Part shown: positions 49,688-58,920 of the stretch, in pieces
Layout of the letters: each line of letters starts with the position of its first letter
Position numbering within the stretch: the stretch's first letter is position 1
Assembly: GCA_964460975.1 (NCBI GenBank)
Contig: CAYWTN010000001.1
Span: 61,202 to 125,201 of the forward strand
Direction: 5' to 3'
From: an uncultured Pseudomonadales bacterium
GTDB taxonomy: Bacteria; Patescibacteriota; Microgenomatia; UBA1400; UBA1396
Length of the DNA stretch: 64,000 bases
Made by a program: the position numbers and the translations under genes
The notes under the pieces: model-generated
Seen by the model: the letters and a program-made list of their open reading frames with translations, nothing else
Database searches by the model: none
Told to the model about the DNA's origin: nothing

Positions 49688-51034
49688 TTAAAAAAGTTCT
49701 GGGGGAGTTTTTGTATCTTCCTCTTTTTTTCCAGCCGCATCAAACTTCTGCTGCATGGTGGGGTTTCCGCGGGTGAGTTTCTTAATGGTGAGGTCTTCTA
49801 TCTTATTATTTGCCAAGCGGAGATTGTCATCAGAGCGCAGCAGATTCTCTTTAGTTTTCTGAAGCTGCGCGATAGAGTTGTCGATGTGCTTAATCGCATC
49901 CGAGAAACGCTCCGAAGCAAGGCGGTAGTTTCTCCCAAAGGTGGTACGGAAATCTTCAAGCTGTTCTTCAAAATTGGAGACGTCAATGTTTTGTGCCTTT
50001 ACGAGAGCCAGCTCCGATTTGTACTGCAAGCTGTTGAGCGCCGCATTGCGCAGCAGCGTGATCATAGGAATAAAAAACTGGGGACGAATGACATACATTT
50101 TTGGATAACGATGGGACATATCAACAATGCCAGAATTGTAGAGCTCATTCTCCGACTCCAAAAGTGAGACGAGCACAGCATACTCGCAGCCTTTTTCCTG
50201 ACGATCTTTATCGAGCTCTTTGAGGAAATCCTCGTTGCGTTTTTTGGTAGCGGTTTCGTCGCCCTCATTTTTCATCTCGAACATGATGCTGATAATTTCG
50301 GTGCCATTTTCGTCCGACTCGCGGAAAATATAGTCGCCCTTACTCCCGGTTTTGGCGTCGTTATCCTTTTCAAAATAGGCACTGCGAAAAGCCGTTGGAC
50401 GGAGCTTGTTAAACTCGATTTCGCAGTGCTGTTCCAATGTTTCTCCAAGCATTTTGGTAGAAAGTTTGGACTTGAGGTCTTTGTAGTACTGAATCATCTC
50501 CTCTTTGGTTTTGAGCTCATGTTCATACTTTTCCTTGAGAGAAGTGACATGCAACTGGGACTCCGTGTCTTTGCTCGCGAGTTTATGGGCAAGCTCATCA
50601 CGCTCTTTTTCCACAACCTTGAGCGCTTCCGTTACGGCCAATTTCTTTTCGGTTGCCGCGGCATCCAGTTGTGATTGGAGCTTGAGAAGCTGGGTCTCTT
50701 TCTTAGCCAATTCTTCTTGAGAAAGGGTTTTGGTTTGGGCCGCCGCCAGTTTGGCGGCGGCCTCCTTTTCCTGTTCCAATAATCGGATTTTCTCTTGTAA
50801 AGCCTGTTCGCGAATTTTAGCCTCGAGTGTCTTTTCGCGCTCAAGAGCGGCCCGCACTTTGGCTACTTCTGCCTCAAAGGCATCCTTTTTAATAGACGCC
50901 ACCACACTCTTCACCGTGGACTGATCAATATCCTGTTCGTGCAAGGAAGTGAGATCAATAAGGTCCCCCCTCTGCCCGTCTTCCTGCAAAACCAGAGTGT
51001 GCTCATCTTGAATAGATACTTTGAGTGTTTTCAT
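49688..51034 (-). CDS. Coiled-coil protein with C-terminal PD-(D/E)xK-like domain (DUF2130-like)
   Basis: Long E/K-rich coiled coil. C-terminal GDYIFRES...[11 protein letters not shown] has a D...ExK arrangement. Confidence 0.5.
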   Translation of the reverse strand: MKTLKVSIQDEHTLVLQEDGQRGDLIDLTSLHEQDIDQSTVKSVVASIKKDAFEAEVAKVRAALEREKTLEAKIREQALQEKIRLLEQEKEAAAKLAAAQTKTLSQEELAKKETQLLKLQSQLDAAATEKKLAVTEALKVVEKERDELAHKLASKDTESQLHVTSLKEKYEHELKTKEEMIQYYKDLKSKLSTKMLGETLEQHCEIEFNKLRPTAFRSAYFEKDNDAKTGSKGDYIFRESDENGTEIISIMFEMKNEGDETATKKRNEDFLKELDKDRQEKGCEYAVLVSLLESENELYNSGIVDMSHRYPKMYVIRPQFFIPMITLLRNAALNSLQYKSELALVKAQNIDVSNFEEQLEDFRTTFGRNYRLASERFSDAIKHIDNSIAQLQKTKENLLRSDDNLRLANNKIEDLTIKKLTRGNPTMQQKFDAAGKKEEDTKTPPELF

Positions 51035-51065
51035 GAGAATCGTTCCTTGGTTTTCATTATAGCTA

Positions 51066-51668
51066 ATGAATGGTAAAGTCAAAGATCATATGGATAAAGA
51101 ACAGACAGAATCACAAAGAATAAATCAAGGACTCAACCTGTATTCAGAACGCGAAAAGGTTCCCTACAATAATATTGACTCATTATCACCGAAAAGCCAA
51201 AGTATTTGTCGAGTTACCCTTGTTCCTTTTTTTACAGAAAATAAACAAACTTTTTCTGAAGTTGTAGACGCTCTGAAAAAACTCAAAAATGAGCAAGAAA
51301 TTGACTTTGATCCCATCCAAATCTTCCGTGAAAAACTTCTTCCAATGGGTGCACAACTTGAACTTGATTTATTTGACAACTACACAAACGATGAGAATCC
51401 CGCCAGCCTATTTTACGAAAACGGAAAAATCGTTTTATATGTAAATGTTTCACTTAATAGGCGATCTGAGTATAAAAATCTTCTTTCTGAATTATTCCAT
51501 GAATTTTCGGCACTTTTCCTTATGCAAAAAAAGGCTGAAGGACTCGGGAGAGAAATTCAGAGCGCTGCTGATTTAGCTCTTTACAAGCAAATGCTCAAGT
51601 TAGAAGAAGGTATCCATCTCACCCACATTGCCGATGCGGCTCTCATAAGCGCAACAAGAAATTCTTAA
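51066..51668 (+). CDS. Hypothetical protein (200 aa)
   Basis: Divergent from the DUF2130-like gene. No motif recognised. Confidence 0.4.
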   Translation: MNGKVKDHMDKEQTESQRINQGLNLYSEREKVPYNNIDSLSPKSQSICRVTLVPFFTENKQTFSEVVDALKKLKNEQEIDFDPIQIFREKLLPMGAQLELDLFDNYTNDENPASLFYENGKIVLYVNVSLNRRSEYKNLLSELFHEFSALFLMQKKAEGLGREIQSAADLALYKQMLKLEEGIHLTHIADAALISATRNS

Positions 51669-51677
51669 AAAGAAAAT

Positions 51678-52556
51678 CTATACCACCAGCATCTCACAGC
51701 CTTCGCTGCAGGCGCCATGATGTTCTTCTTGGCAGGACTGGCAACAGATAAAGAGTGAGTTGCAGCTCACTACGGAGCAATCAATGTAGCGCGAAATTGG
51801 AGACGCGCAGTATTGGCACTCTGTCACCACGGTAGGGTTCTCAGTGTTCACAGGAACATGTAAACGTTTATCGAAGACAAACATTTCGCCCTCAAAAAAT
51901 TTGCCACCTGTTTTTTCGCCATACTCGTGAATACCACCATGCAACTGGCGCACATTGGCAAAACCCTGCTCACGCAAATACGCCGAGGCTTTCTCACAAC
52001 GCACGCCGCCGGTGCAGTACGTTACCACATTCTTGTCTTTATATTTCGTAATACTCTCCACGAAGGCTGGAAAATCACGGAAGTTGCGGATATCGGGCGT
52101 GAGCGCGTTCTTAAACTTCCCAATCTTGGCCTCGTAGTTATTGCGGGCATCGATAATGATAAAATCCTCTTCTTTTTCGTAGAGGTCACGCAGCTCCTGT
52201 GGCTCGATATAATCGGCTTTGCTGCTTATTGCCACATCATCACCAGACTTGGCGAGGCCCAAAGTTACTATTTCATCACGCACAACCACGCGAAGTTTGG
52301 GAAAAACCTGTTCATCTGCCCAGGAGACTTTCCATTCCAGATCGGCAAACTCCGAACGGCGCATGGTCTCCTCCATGTACGCGTCCATACTTTCCTCAGT
52401 TCCCGCTGCCGTACCGTTTATCCCCTCATGCGAAAGAAGAATACGGCCACGAATACCCAAGCGCTGACACATCTCTCGCTGCCAAACCTTGAGCTCCTCA
52501 ACATTGGCGAGGGGAACATATTTGTAATACAGCAATATCTTGACCGGTTGCGACAT
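51678..52556 (-). CDS. trhO: Rhodanese-domain tRNA U34 hydroxylase TrhO (YceA/UPF0176)
   Basis: ILLYYKYVPLANVEEL...ILLSHEGINGT and YCTGGVRCEKASAYL match E. coli YceA. C-terminal Cys cluster. Confidence 0.85.
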   Translation of the reverse strand: MSQPVKILLYYKYVPLANVEELKVWQREMCQRLGIRGRILLSHEGINGTAAGTEESMDAYMEETMRRSEFADLEWKVSWADEQVFPKLRVVVRDEIVTLGLAKSGDDVAISSKADYIEPQELRDLYEKEEDFIIIDARNNYEAKIGKFKNALTPDIRNFRDFPAFVESITKYKDKNVVTYCTGGVRCEKASAYLREQGFANVRQLHGGIHEYGEKTGGKFFEGEMFVFDKRLHVPVNTENPTVVTECQYCASPISRYIDCSVVSCNSLFICCQSCQEEHHGACSEGCEMLVV

Positions 52557-52655
52557 AGCAGGGGTATTTTAGCATTGAAGGCCAAAGTATCGATACAAAA
52601 CGAACTCAAAGGACAGAACAGGAATCAGGGTAACGAATTGAACGAAAACAAAGAC

Positions 52656-52898
52656 TTATGAACGTCTGTGATGAGCAATCCAGGCGACAATCTGCACATC
52701 TGTATACATCGCTGTCCCCTTCATACCAAGATCTTTAGCAAACTTCTGTAGTCCTGCAAAGGAATCACCTGCCTCTTTTCGTATAGCATCATAAGTCCCA
52801 GGACCAAACTCCTCATCAATTTGCTCTGGTTCTCGTGTGTGATATTCCATCAAATCAAACTTTCCTTCTGATGACCGGTCGAAAGATTCCATAGACAC
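52656..52898 (-). CDS. Small hypothetical acidic protein (80 aa)
   Basis: ORF only. Confidence 0.3.
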   Translation of the reverse strand: MSMESFDRSSEGKFDLMEYHTREPEQIDEEFGPGTYDAIRKEAGDSFAGLQKFAKDLGMKGTAMYTDVQIVAWIAHHRRS

Positions 52899-52997
52899 TC
52901 CTTTGCTTACGAATTATTAGTAATATCTAACAACAAAATTCCCCTGTCAAGTGTTGAGCTGGGTAGATAGCATAATTCAAAACTTTCCAGCTCTGTT

Positions 52998-53087
52998 GCC
53001 GCCTTGGGCATACTCACGAAGAGTCCCTTTTTTGCGGCGATGAGTAAGTGTGCCCATGGCGGAGCACCCGGGTCTGGAACCCGTGCG
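52998..53087. repeat. Repeat R2: second copy of the R1 hairpin core followed by a different tRNA-like 3' fragment ending in CCA
   Basis: GCCTTGGGCATACTCACGAAGAGTCCCTTTTTTGCGGCGATGAGTAAGTGTGCCCATGGCGGAG, then CACCCGGGTCTGGAACCCGTGCG. The reverse complement is a T-arm/acceptor-like ...GGTTCCAGACCCGGGTGCTCCGCCA. Confidence 0.55.
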
Positions 53088-53257
53088 TCGTTATAAGTGT
53101 TATACATTTTGGCAAAGTAGTAAATAGCCATTAAACCTCCTTTATCCATTTGGGTAAGTAGTGTAGCTGGATGGGTCATAAGGTAGTTTTTAGTACTTTT
53201 CCCGTTCTTTTTGGGCATTTGTTTCAAACAAACTAGTCATGTATTATTATTTCTAAT

Positions 53258-54385
53258 ATGCCTGATATTATTGAAAATGTGGCCCGTTTAACTAACTCTG
53301 AAGAAATCAATCACAAGAGATTTGATGAACATTTGGATATAGCGCAAGAAATAGAAGTTCCTGTAACTGTTGTTGAAAGTGCTGCTAGGTGGGTTTCAGG
53401 CAGAGGTAAGAGCGATATTCGTTACCTAGTGACACCTACTTCAGGCAGGAACACTTCGATGGCTTTGGCTGAAGGAATTAGCTTTAAACAAGAAAAATAT
53501 TTTTGGGTATACGCAAAAGGCAATGGCTCGCCGTTATCCGCTTTAGAATCTGATTCTCCTTACCGTACAGATGATAGATTTGAAGGTGAAGGAGGCTCTG
53601 TTTCAGGGCATCTTTCCGTAAGCGAGGCACGAAAAGACGCGGAAGCAACCCTAAAAGCAATAAATATGGGTGTGAGAACGAGGGTTCCCATTGCGGGTTT
53701 TTTGTTGGATGAAGTTATGGTAAATGGGCAAGTAATATCTAGCGAAGAATTTATTCATCAATTTAGGACTCCAAAGATAAAAGAGTCTCAAAACATATAT
53801 CTAAAGGATGGAGCCCATGCTGAACACCCATATCTTATTGAATATCTGACACGTAATCCTTTTAAGAACCTTGATATTTTATTTCTTTTACAAAAAGCAA
53901 TTACTCAAAGATTTATTAACCCAGAGTTAATGCTAGCCTTAATGGTTGGTGTTAAAACTTGGCAAAGTGATAACCTGAAACAGTATAGGGATTTGGGAAA
54001 CAAGTGGAAAGAACCACTAGAAAAAAGGAGACTTTCACCCCAGGAAACATATTTCATTGTTGTTGATGCAATTATTGCACAACAACAGGTTATGGCGGAG
54101 AATTTAGCTAGACTTCATGGAAATAACTTACATCATGGAAATCTGCATGGTCAAAATATCAGTTTTTTTTCTGGAGAATTAAGTGATTTTGTTACGATGA
54201 ATAAGGGCAATTTGCTTGGAGAAATGGATGATGATGTGGATATATATGCTGAGGACATTGAGAGATTTAAAGAAATTTTAATTCAGTTTAGTGGAACTTT
54301 TGGAATTAGTGATCATGGACCATTGTCGAATATTCTAAATAGAAGTAGTTTTAAAATAAAAAAAGAGAGTTTGAAAGTATACTGA
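53258..54385 (+). CDS. AT-rich hypothetical protein (375 aa) with possible protein-kinase-like catalytic loop
   Basis: The sampled region is about 35% GC, against about 50% estimated for the flanks. LHHGNLHGQNISF resembles the APH/kinase HGDLHxxNI loop with Asp replaced by Asn. LSDFV is DFG-like. Confidence 0.5.
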   Translation: MPDIIENVARLTNSEEINHKRFDEHLDIAQEIEVPVTVVESAARWVSGRGKSDIRYLVTPTSGRNTSMALAEGISFKQEKYFWVYAKGNGSPLSALESDSPYRTDDRFEGEGGSVSGHLSVSEARKDAEATLKAINMGVRTRVPIAGFLLDEVMVNGQVISSEEFIHQFRTPKIKESQNIYLKDGAHAEHPYLIEYLTRNPFKNLDILFLLQKAITQRFINPELMLALMVGVKTWQSDNLKQYRDLGNKWKEPLEKRRLSPQETYFIVVDAIIAQQQVMAENLARLHGNNLHHGNLHGQNISFFSGELSDFVTMNKGNLLGEMDDDVDIYAEDIERFKEILIQFSGTFGISDHGPLSNILNRSSFKIKKESLKVY

Positions 54386-54595
54386 GTGTGTCAAGCACCC
54401 CTTGGCCTATTTAGGCAAGTAGATTGGACTGTCAGAACCTTTTAACTGTTGCGGAAGCGATGGGCAGAATTATTTTAAGCTCTAAGTGAATATTCTGCAT
54501 CTTCGGGCTTTCAGCCCTCGAGATTCTTGCTGCGCAGGATATCTTCACACAAACCAGTTATAAAAAAGTTCCAGCGATGCTGGATTTTTTACAAG

Positions 54596-54682
54596 CGGAG
54601 AGGGCGAGATTCGAACTCGCGGTGAGCTTGCACCCACAGTAGTTTTCAAGACTACCGCACTAGACCACTATGCGACCTCTCC
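54596..54682 (-). tRNA. tRNA-Ser (TGA), type II, no encoded CCA
   Basis: GGAGAGG-TC-GCA-TAGTGGTCTAG-TGC-G-GTAGT-CTTGAAA-ACTAC-TGTGGGTGCAAGCTCACC-GCGAG-TTCGAAT-CTCGC-CCTCTCC-G. The acceptor and T-arm are identical to the tRNA-Ser at 41446. Confidence 0.85.
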
Positions 54683-54744
54683 AAGTAACCATATTGTATC
54701 AGGGTGTTAGCTTTTTGTTTGTTTTCTTTGAAAGAATAGCTTGT

Positions 54745-55368
54745 ATGAAAAGACTCCTCTCGCTCCTTGCTCCAGCGAACTGTTATATTTGCCAGAGAAT
54801 AGGGAGTTGGCTCTGTTCGGGCTGCCTCGAAAACCTCACTTGGTATCAAGGAGCAGCGCTTTCGCAACTTGTTGTGCATCCGGGCATTGAACGTATTTTG
54901 AGTGTCGTGGAATACCGAGATAGTGTAGAAACCCTCATGACCTTGGTAAAAAAAGGCAACTATTTCTCTTTGGTTGAACTTTGGTCGCAGCTCACCTATA
55001 TTGCCTATCCTAGACTTCTTTCCAAAAATGATGTTCTTTTGCCGGTTCCCACCACTTGGCAAAGAGAGTGGGAACGTGGATTTTCTCCCACGCTCGTTTA
55101 TGCCAAGCACCTCGCCAAACATTTTGGCGCCAAGATTCATACCACCACGCTTATTCGCACCAAGGATGATGGACACCAAGCACAAAAATCACGATCACAA
55201 AGACAAGAGACAGAAAATATGTATGCGGTGTATAACTCGCCGCCAGAAGGAAGGCTTTGGATTATTGATGATGTGATTACCACTGGAGCAACGGTGAGTG
55301 CTTGTGCGCGCGCGCTGTCCGGCCTAGGCCGGACAGCGCGCGTCCTCACCTTCGCGGCAACCGTATAA
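54745..55368 (+). CDS. ComF family protein (phosphoribosyltransferase domain with N-terminal double Cys pairs)
   Basis: CYICQRIGSWLCSGC zinc-finger-like region and a PRTase motif, LWIIDDVITTGATV. Confidence 0.75.
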   Translation: MKRLLSLLAPANCYICQRIGSWLCSGCLENLTWYQGAALSQLVVHPGIERILSVVEYRDSVETLMTLVKKGNYFSLVELWSQLTYIAYPRLLSKNDVLLPVPTTWQREWERGFSPTLVYAKHLAKHFGAKIHTTTLIRTKDDGHQAQKSRSQRQETENMYAVYNSPPEGRLWIIDDVITTGATVSACARALSGLGRTARVLTFAATV

Positions 55369-55896
55369 AAACAGAAAAGCAAAAACATGCACCAGCCGCG
55401 CCGGTGAGGAAAAAGTGGAGATGCCGGGGAACGACCCCGGGTCCGAAAAAGAAACATCAACAAGGACTACGCGTGTAGAAGCATTTTGGCTCGAAGCAGA
55501 AAACGAGAAATGATCAAAACTGTTTTCTGCGCCAATGGAAGGTCTTAGCAGATTGGAGTCATTGCGCCCCAAACCTGAGCATATTTTCTGTGTTTACACC
55601 TTTGCACCCACGAAAATAAGATGAGATACAAAGGCGCCTTTTACGCAAAAACGTAAGAAGGAGCAGTGAAAGTGGAAGCCACTTCGCGAGCGAAGGACTT
55701 AGCAGCTGTCACAGCTTTGCCGAATGAATTGGCATGTATTGTTTTGACCCATAACGAAGGTCAATCGACGCGCCCATGTTCACGATCTCTCCCGTCAAAT
55801 CAGTACATCCCCAATTTGCTTAAGAAGCTCTACCCTCTATTATAGCAAAACAGCCCTTGCCAGTCACGTGAGTGGTTCGCTACACTAACCCCAAGC

Positions 55897-57480
55897 ATGA
55901 CACAAAAAGCCACGCCTTGGCAAAAACTCCAGACTTGGGCAAACAAACACGAGTTCCTTTTTGCTCTCTGGACGTTACTTATTTTCCTGCTACTCCCCGA
56001 TCTCGTGGAACCGTACTGGTACGGCGACGAAGCCATCTACCTTACCATTGGAACCGGACTGCGCAACGGGCTCAAGCTTTACGCCGAGATCATCGATCAT
56101 AAAACCCCCCTCATCTACTATCTGGCAGCGGTTCCCAATCAGTTGAGCTTCCGATTTCTGCTCATTTTTTGGATGATCCTCAGCACTGGATTTTTCTACC
56201 ATCTTGCCAAGAGATTGCTCCCAGCTTTTTGGGCTTTTGCGGCCAGCATCGCTTTCGTTCTCCTTACCAGTTTGCCCACCTTTGAAGGGCACATCCCCAA
56301 CGGAGAACTCTTTGTCATGGGTTTTATCCTGGCAAGCCTCTGGCTCCTTGATAAGTCACCCTGGCTGCGCTGGCTCACTCAAGAAAAAACCCCTCAATGG
56401 AAACTTGCACGCAAAGATTTGTACTGGATAGCCGCTGCTGGTGGAGTTGCCGGACTGGGAATCCTCACCAAAGTGCCAGCCGTCCTGGACGTTGGAGTCA
56501 TTGGGGCGCTCATGCTCTTTGCCGCTGTTCGTCATTATCACAAAAAATCGTGGCGTCCTCTGGGCGGCGCACTCATTATGAGTTGGTTGATCTTTGGTGG
56601 CGCCGCCCTCCTCACCATCCTCGCTTCCCTTTTTTACTACTGGCTCCGTGGCTCTCTCGGCGCTTACATCGACTTTGGGCTCCTTTATAATTTTCATTAC
56701 ACCAGCAACTGGACCCTCCCTTTTTCCGACACAGCGCTCTTGGCTCTCTTCACACTTCCAGGAAAAGCCGTTGTCTTGGCTGTCTCCTTCTTTGCCACAC
56801 TCGCCCTCAGTTGGTACAAGAAAAAAGAGACTCCTATTCTCTGGGCACTGTTCTGGGTCTGGGCAAGTACGTTTGCCGCTTTACTTTCCAACAGACCCTA
56901 TCCACATTACTTCCAGCAAGTCGTACCCGCGTTTTCCTTCGTGGTCGTTGCCCTTTTTATGAAAAATCGAGCTTTTACAACACGTTTTTCCATAGGCATA
57001 AGCATTATTCTTCTCTACATTACGCTTACACTTCTGCACTTTCGTCCCTATGCCGTTTGGGAGTATTACCAAAAATACTTCCAGCTCGTGACTGGGCAAC
57101 AATCAATCGAAAACTACCACAACAGTTTTAACGGCCTCGTGAGCCAAAATAATCAGATCGTACCAATCATTCAAGAAGCAACCCCAAAATCTGATCGCAT
57201 TTTTATCTGGGGAACCAATCCCATGCTCTATGCTCAAGCACAACGCAGCCCAGCCACTCGATTCACTGTTGCTTTCCATATTCATGATCTCAAGGTATAT
57301 GAGCAAACAATGCAGGAGGTGACGCAACATGAGCCGCCATTTATCGTGGTTATGAAAAAGGAATCCCCACTGGCTGGTTTGAGCAGTTACCTTAGCGAAC
57401 ACTATATTTGGAGCTACGAAACTGCAGATATGACTCTCTACCGACGCCGCTCGCTCAGCGCCACACAGTTGGTACAATAG
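55897..57480 (+). CDS. GT-C membrane glycosyltransferase (GT39/GT83, PMT/ArnT-like)
   Basis: 527 aa, polytopic. The N-terminal YWYGDEAIYLTIGTGLRNGLKLY...DHKTPLIYYL loop is typical of the ArnT/PMT family. Confidence 0.7.
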   Translation: MTQKATPWQKLQTWANKHEFLFALWTLLIFLLLPDLVEPYWYGDEAIYLTIGTGLRNGLKLYAEIIDHKTPLIYYLAAVPNQLSFRFLLIFWMILSTGFFYHLAKRLLPAFWAFAASIAFVLLTSLPTFEGHIPNGELFVMGFILASLWLLDKSPWLRWLTQEKTPQWKLARKDLYWIAAAGGVAGLGILTKVPAVLDVGVIGALMLFAAVRHYHKKSWRPLGGALIMSWLIFGGAALLTILASLFYYWLRGSLGAYIDFGLLYNFHYTSNWTLPFSDTALLALFTLPGKAVVLAVSFFATLALSWYKKKETPILWALFWVWASTFAALLSNRPYPHYFQQVVPAFSFVVVALFMKNRAFTTRFSIGISIILLYITLTLLHFRPYAVWEYYQKYFQLVTGQQSIENYHNSFNGLVSQNNQIVPIIQEATPKSDRIFIWGTNPMLYAQAQRSPATRFTVAFHIHDLKVYEQTMQEVTQHEPPFIVVMKKESPLAGLSSYLSEHYIWSYETADMTLYRRRSLSATQLVQ

Positions 57481-57484
57481 GGCT

Positions 57485-57832
57485 ATGCGCATTGCTTCGC
57501 CGTTTCATCCACATCATGCCAGGTTGCTCTGGGTTCTCACCGCGCTCTGGGGAGCTGTTGGTGTTTTTTCTCTTTCCCTGTGGTTTTTTGGACCGCCATT
57601 CCTCCCACTTTGGCTCTCACTGGTTGAACCCTCAGAACAACTCGCTCCTAAGATTGCCATTTGGGTATTTCCGGCTATCACCACGCCCCTCTACTTTCTC
57701 ACCCTCTGGTTTTCTCGGAAAAACTCACTCGAACACGAAGAATATCTGGCAACGCTTTCCCTCTGGTCCGGGATTATCCTGCTGTCGCTTTTCCTCTTTG
57801 CCATCATTCGCATCATGAAGGTCATTCTATGA
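57485..57832 (+). CDS. Small hypothetical membrane protein (3 TM helices)
   Basis: 115 aa, hydrophobic. Sits between two glycosyltransferase genes. Confidence 0.3.
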   Translation: MRIASPFHPHHARLLWVLTALWGAVGVFSLSLWFFGPPFLPLWLSLVEPSEQLAPKIAIWVFPAITTPLYFLTLWFSRKNSLEHEEYLATLSLWSGIILLSLFLFAIIRIMKVIL

Positions 57833-58920
57833 GTAGCAATGCCTTTTTGGCGTTTTTGCTCTCCTTTGCTACCGCTGCGGCTAGCGCACCGATCATCATT
57901 GCGCTCTATAAACGCTTTGGCTGGGTAGACGACCCTCAATCCAACCCCCAACCAAAAACGGTCCACACCAAGCCTGTTCCTCGGGGCGGCGGCCTCGTGG
58001 CCGCCGCCGGAATCCTCGCTTCCTTTATTGCATTCATACCCTTTACGCAACCAATGATTGGCGTTCTGGCTGGCGCAACGATTCTCCTCATAAGTGGGAC
58101 GCTGGACGATCGTTACGACATCAATCCTTATATTCGCTATGGACTCAATATTTTGGCAGCGTTGTGTGTAATCGGATCTGGCATAGATATTGATTACGTC
58201 ACCAACCCTTTTGGCAGTGGAGTGATTCATCTAGACACCATTGGACCAAGCCTCAAAATTGGCTCACAGGAATACTCCCTGTTTGCCGACGGCCTCGCTC
58301 TCCTCTGGATTGTCTGGAACATGAACGCCGTAAACTGGTCTAAGGGCGTGGACGGACAGATGCCTGGTTTTGTGGCTATCGCCGCTTTTTTCATCGCACT
58401 CCTCAGTCTGCGCTTCCAGGGAGATCAAACTCAGGGAGTAGTCACGCTGCTTTCCTTAGCGGTGAGTGGCGCTTTTGCTGGCCTTCTTCTCTGGAATGCC
58501 TATCCGCAAAAAATGATGCCTGGCTATGCCGGCGGATCACTAGCCGGATTTTTCCTTTCGGTTTTGGCCATTCTCTCTGGCGCCAAAATTGCCACAGCGC
58601 TGCTGCTTTTGGCTCTTCCCACCGTGGATGGTATCTATACCGTTGCTCGCCGTTTGGCCGCTGGCCGATCACCTTTCTGGGGTGACCGAGGGCACCTGCA
58701 CCACACCATGCTCGATGCTGGTTGGGGCAAGCGACGAATCGCTTTTTTCTACTGGATCACGACTTTTTTCTTTGGTGTTGCTGCCCTTCAGCTGGACAGC
58801 CGATCCAAAGCGTATGCTATGATGGCCTCAGGAATTCTATTTATCTTACTGGTCTTATGGCTCAAACGCTCTACAACATTCTTAAAGCTGCTCGGCCTCG
58901 ACAGTGGCTCAAAAACGTAG
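57829..58920 (+). CDS. Polyprenyl-phosphate sugar-1-phosphate transferase (GT4 MraY/WecA family)
   Basis: NMNAVNWSKGVDGQMPG (the NAVN..DG.DG motif) and about 10 TM helices. The start is taken at MSSNAF. Confidence 0.8.
   Translation: MSSNAFLAFLLSFATAAASAPIIIALYKRFGWVDDPQSNPQPKTVHTKPVPRGGGLVAAAGILASFIAFIPFTQPMIGVLAGATILLISGTLDDRYDINPYIRYGLNILAALCVIGSGIDIDYVTNPFGSGVIHLDTIGPSLKIGSQEYSLFADGLALLWIVWNMNAVNWSKGVDGQMPGFVAIAAFFIALLSLRFQGDQTQGVVTLLSLAVSGAFAGLLLWNAYPQKMMPGYAGGSLAGFFLSVLAILSGAKIATALLLLALPTVDGIYTVARRLAAGRSPFWGDRGHLHHTMLDAGWGKRRIAFFYWITTFFFGVAALQLDSRSKAYAMMASGILFILLVLWLKRSTTFLKLLGLDSGSKT

Noticed and set aside
51927-52661. 244-aa plus-strand ORF overlapping trhO
   Set aside because: Antisense to a well-supported TrhO gene.
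52907-53227. 106-aa minus-strand ORF covering repeat R2
   Set aside because: Its middle is the translated repeat. The same peptide-like stretch appears in the spurious ORF over R1. Probably not coding.
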